Shown: positions 63,003 through 64,000 of the stretch, piece by piece
How positions within the stretch are numbered: the first letter of the stretch is position 1
Layout: each line of letters starts with the position of its first letter
DNA from: Octopus sinensis
Taxonomy: Eukaryota
DNA length: 64,000 nucleotides
Reading direction: 5' to 3'
NCBI RefSeq assembly: GCF_006345805.1
Contig: NC_043005.1
Span: 77,934,001-77,998,000 of the forward strand
Notes under the pieces: model-generated
The model's input: only the letters and a program-made list of their open reading frames with translations
What the model was told of the DNA's origin: nothing
Database searches by the model: none
Program-made: the position numbers and the translations under genes

Positions 63003-64000
63003 GTATACGAACACAATGGCACACACGCACTACATAATAGATTTCCAACTCTGGTGCAAGCCTCGGTTTTGGGAGAGGGATCAGCGGATTATTCGACCCC
63101 AGGATATGTACCTTCATGGTTCTAGATACCTCCCTCCCACCACTATATGAGAAAAAATATCTAGCAGGTCATATATTGGAATATCTCTGATCAACAAGGA
63201 CCGATCACGTACTAAGCACTAAAGTCAGTTTCAAATGTTGGCACAAGGCCAGAAATTTAGTGGAGTGGGTAAGACGATTATAGGGACTCAATTCCTCAAC
63301 AGCTACCTATTTTATCAACCCTGAAAGGGAAGAAAGTCAAAGACGACCTCGGTGGAGTTTGAACTCAGATCGTAAAAATGAACGAAATGCCACTGAGCAT
63401 TTTTTTTGGCGTGCTAACAATCATACCAGCTCACCGCCTCAATGTTAAACACTAACCACAACATCGACAACAGAACTGAATTGATTAACCACCGAAAAAA
63501 AGGCCTTCTCTGTGCGCAGCAGTATTGCTAGAAATAACAGGTAAATCTCCTTCGAACTGGATCCTACCGCCTTTCTCTGGTACTTACAAGAAACAAAGAA
63601 TACTGAAAGACTGTAGGTAATCTGGATCATTGCAGGTAATAAAATCTCTTAGAAGTTTTAGAATTACGTTATCCATAATTATTCCATAAGCTTAGGGATG
63701 ATCAAAATTGCAACGTCAGCTTCGGTGGCATTGGAACCCAGAACGTAAGGAGTCGCAGTCTTAATTCTACATGATAATTTGTATGGCATTCAATAGATTT
63801 AGCCAATACGCCGCCCTCATTTTAACAGATAACAATATGAATGAAATGGCCTAGACATATCGGACAAGGGTCAACGTTATGACCTTGCAGGGAGTTTATC
63901 TGTTATGTAAACTCGCAGGGGGCTTATCTATTGTTCTACAATACGTGCATTATCTTCAAAATAACAACAAACCTTATATAAACATAGTATTTTGTTTGAA

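Overview
AT-rich (Octopus-like) animal genomic DNA, dense in microsatellites and transposons. The cephalopod assignment is my inference from the SINE, Tc1 and LINE repertoire and was not checked by a search. No confidently identifiable host gene is present, only a few weak candidate exons. The window holds many tRNA-derived SINE copies, DD36E-type Tc1 transposons, a mariner fragment, LINE fragments (HERO-like, R4-like, RTE, CR1-like), Helentron/DINE-like elements and Penelope-like element (PLE) remnants. The standout is a non-coding tandem array at 33798-34866 of three ~350-nt units plus 21 nt. Each unit carries a type I hammerhead ribozyme motif, fully canonical in unit 1 (CACACG CUGAUGA GAGG-UCAAUA-CCUC GAAA CUCGAG UC/CGUGUG). 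This is the architecture of a non-LTR retrozyme expected to yield ~350-nt self-cleaved or circular RNAs. The same window contains a PLE GIY-YIG remnant with an unusual long-stem-II hammerhead and several minimal PLE hammerheads, a plausible class of autonomous partner. Several palindromic or fold-back structures of different ages are also present.
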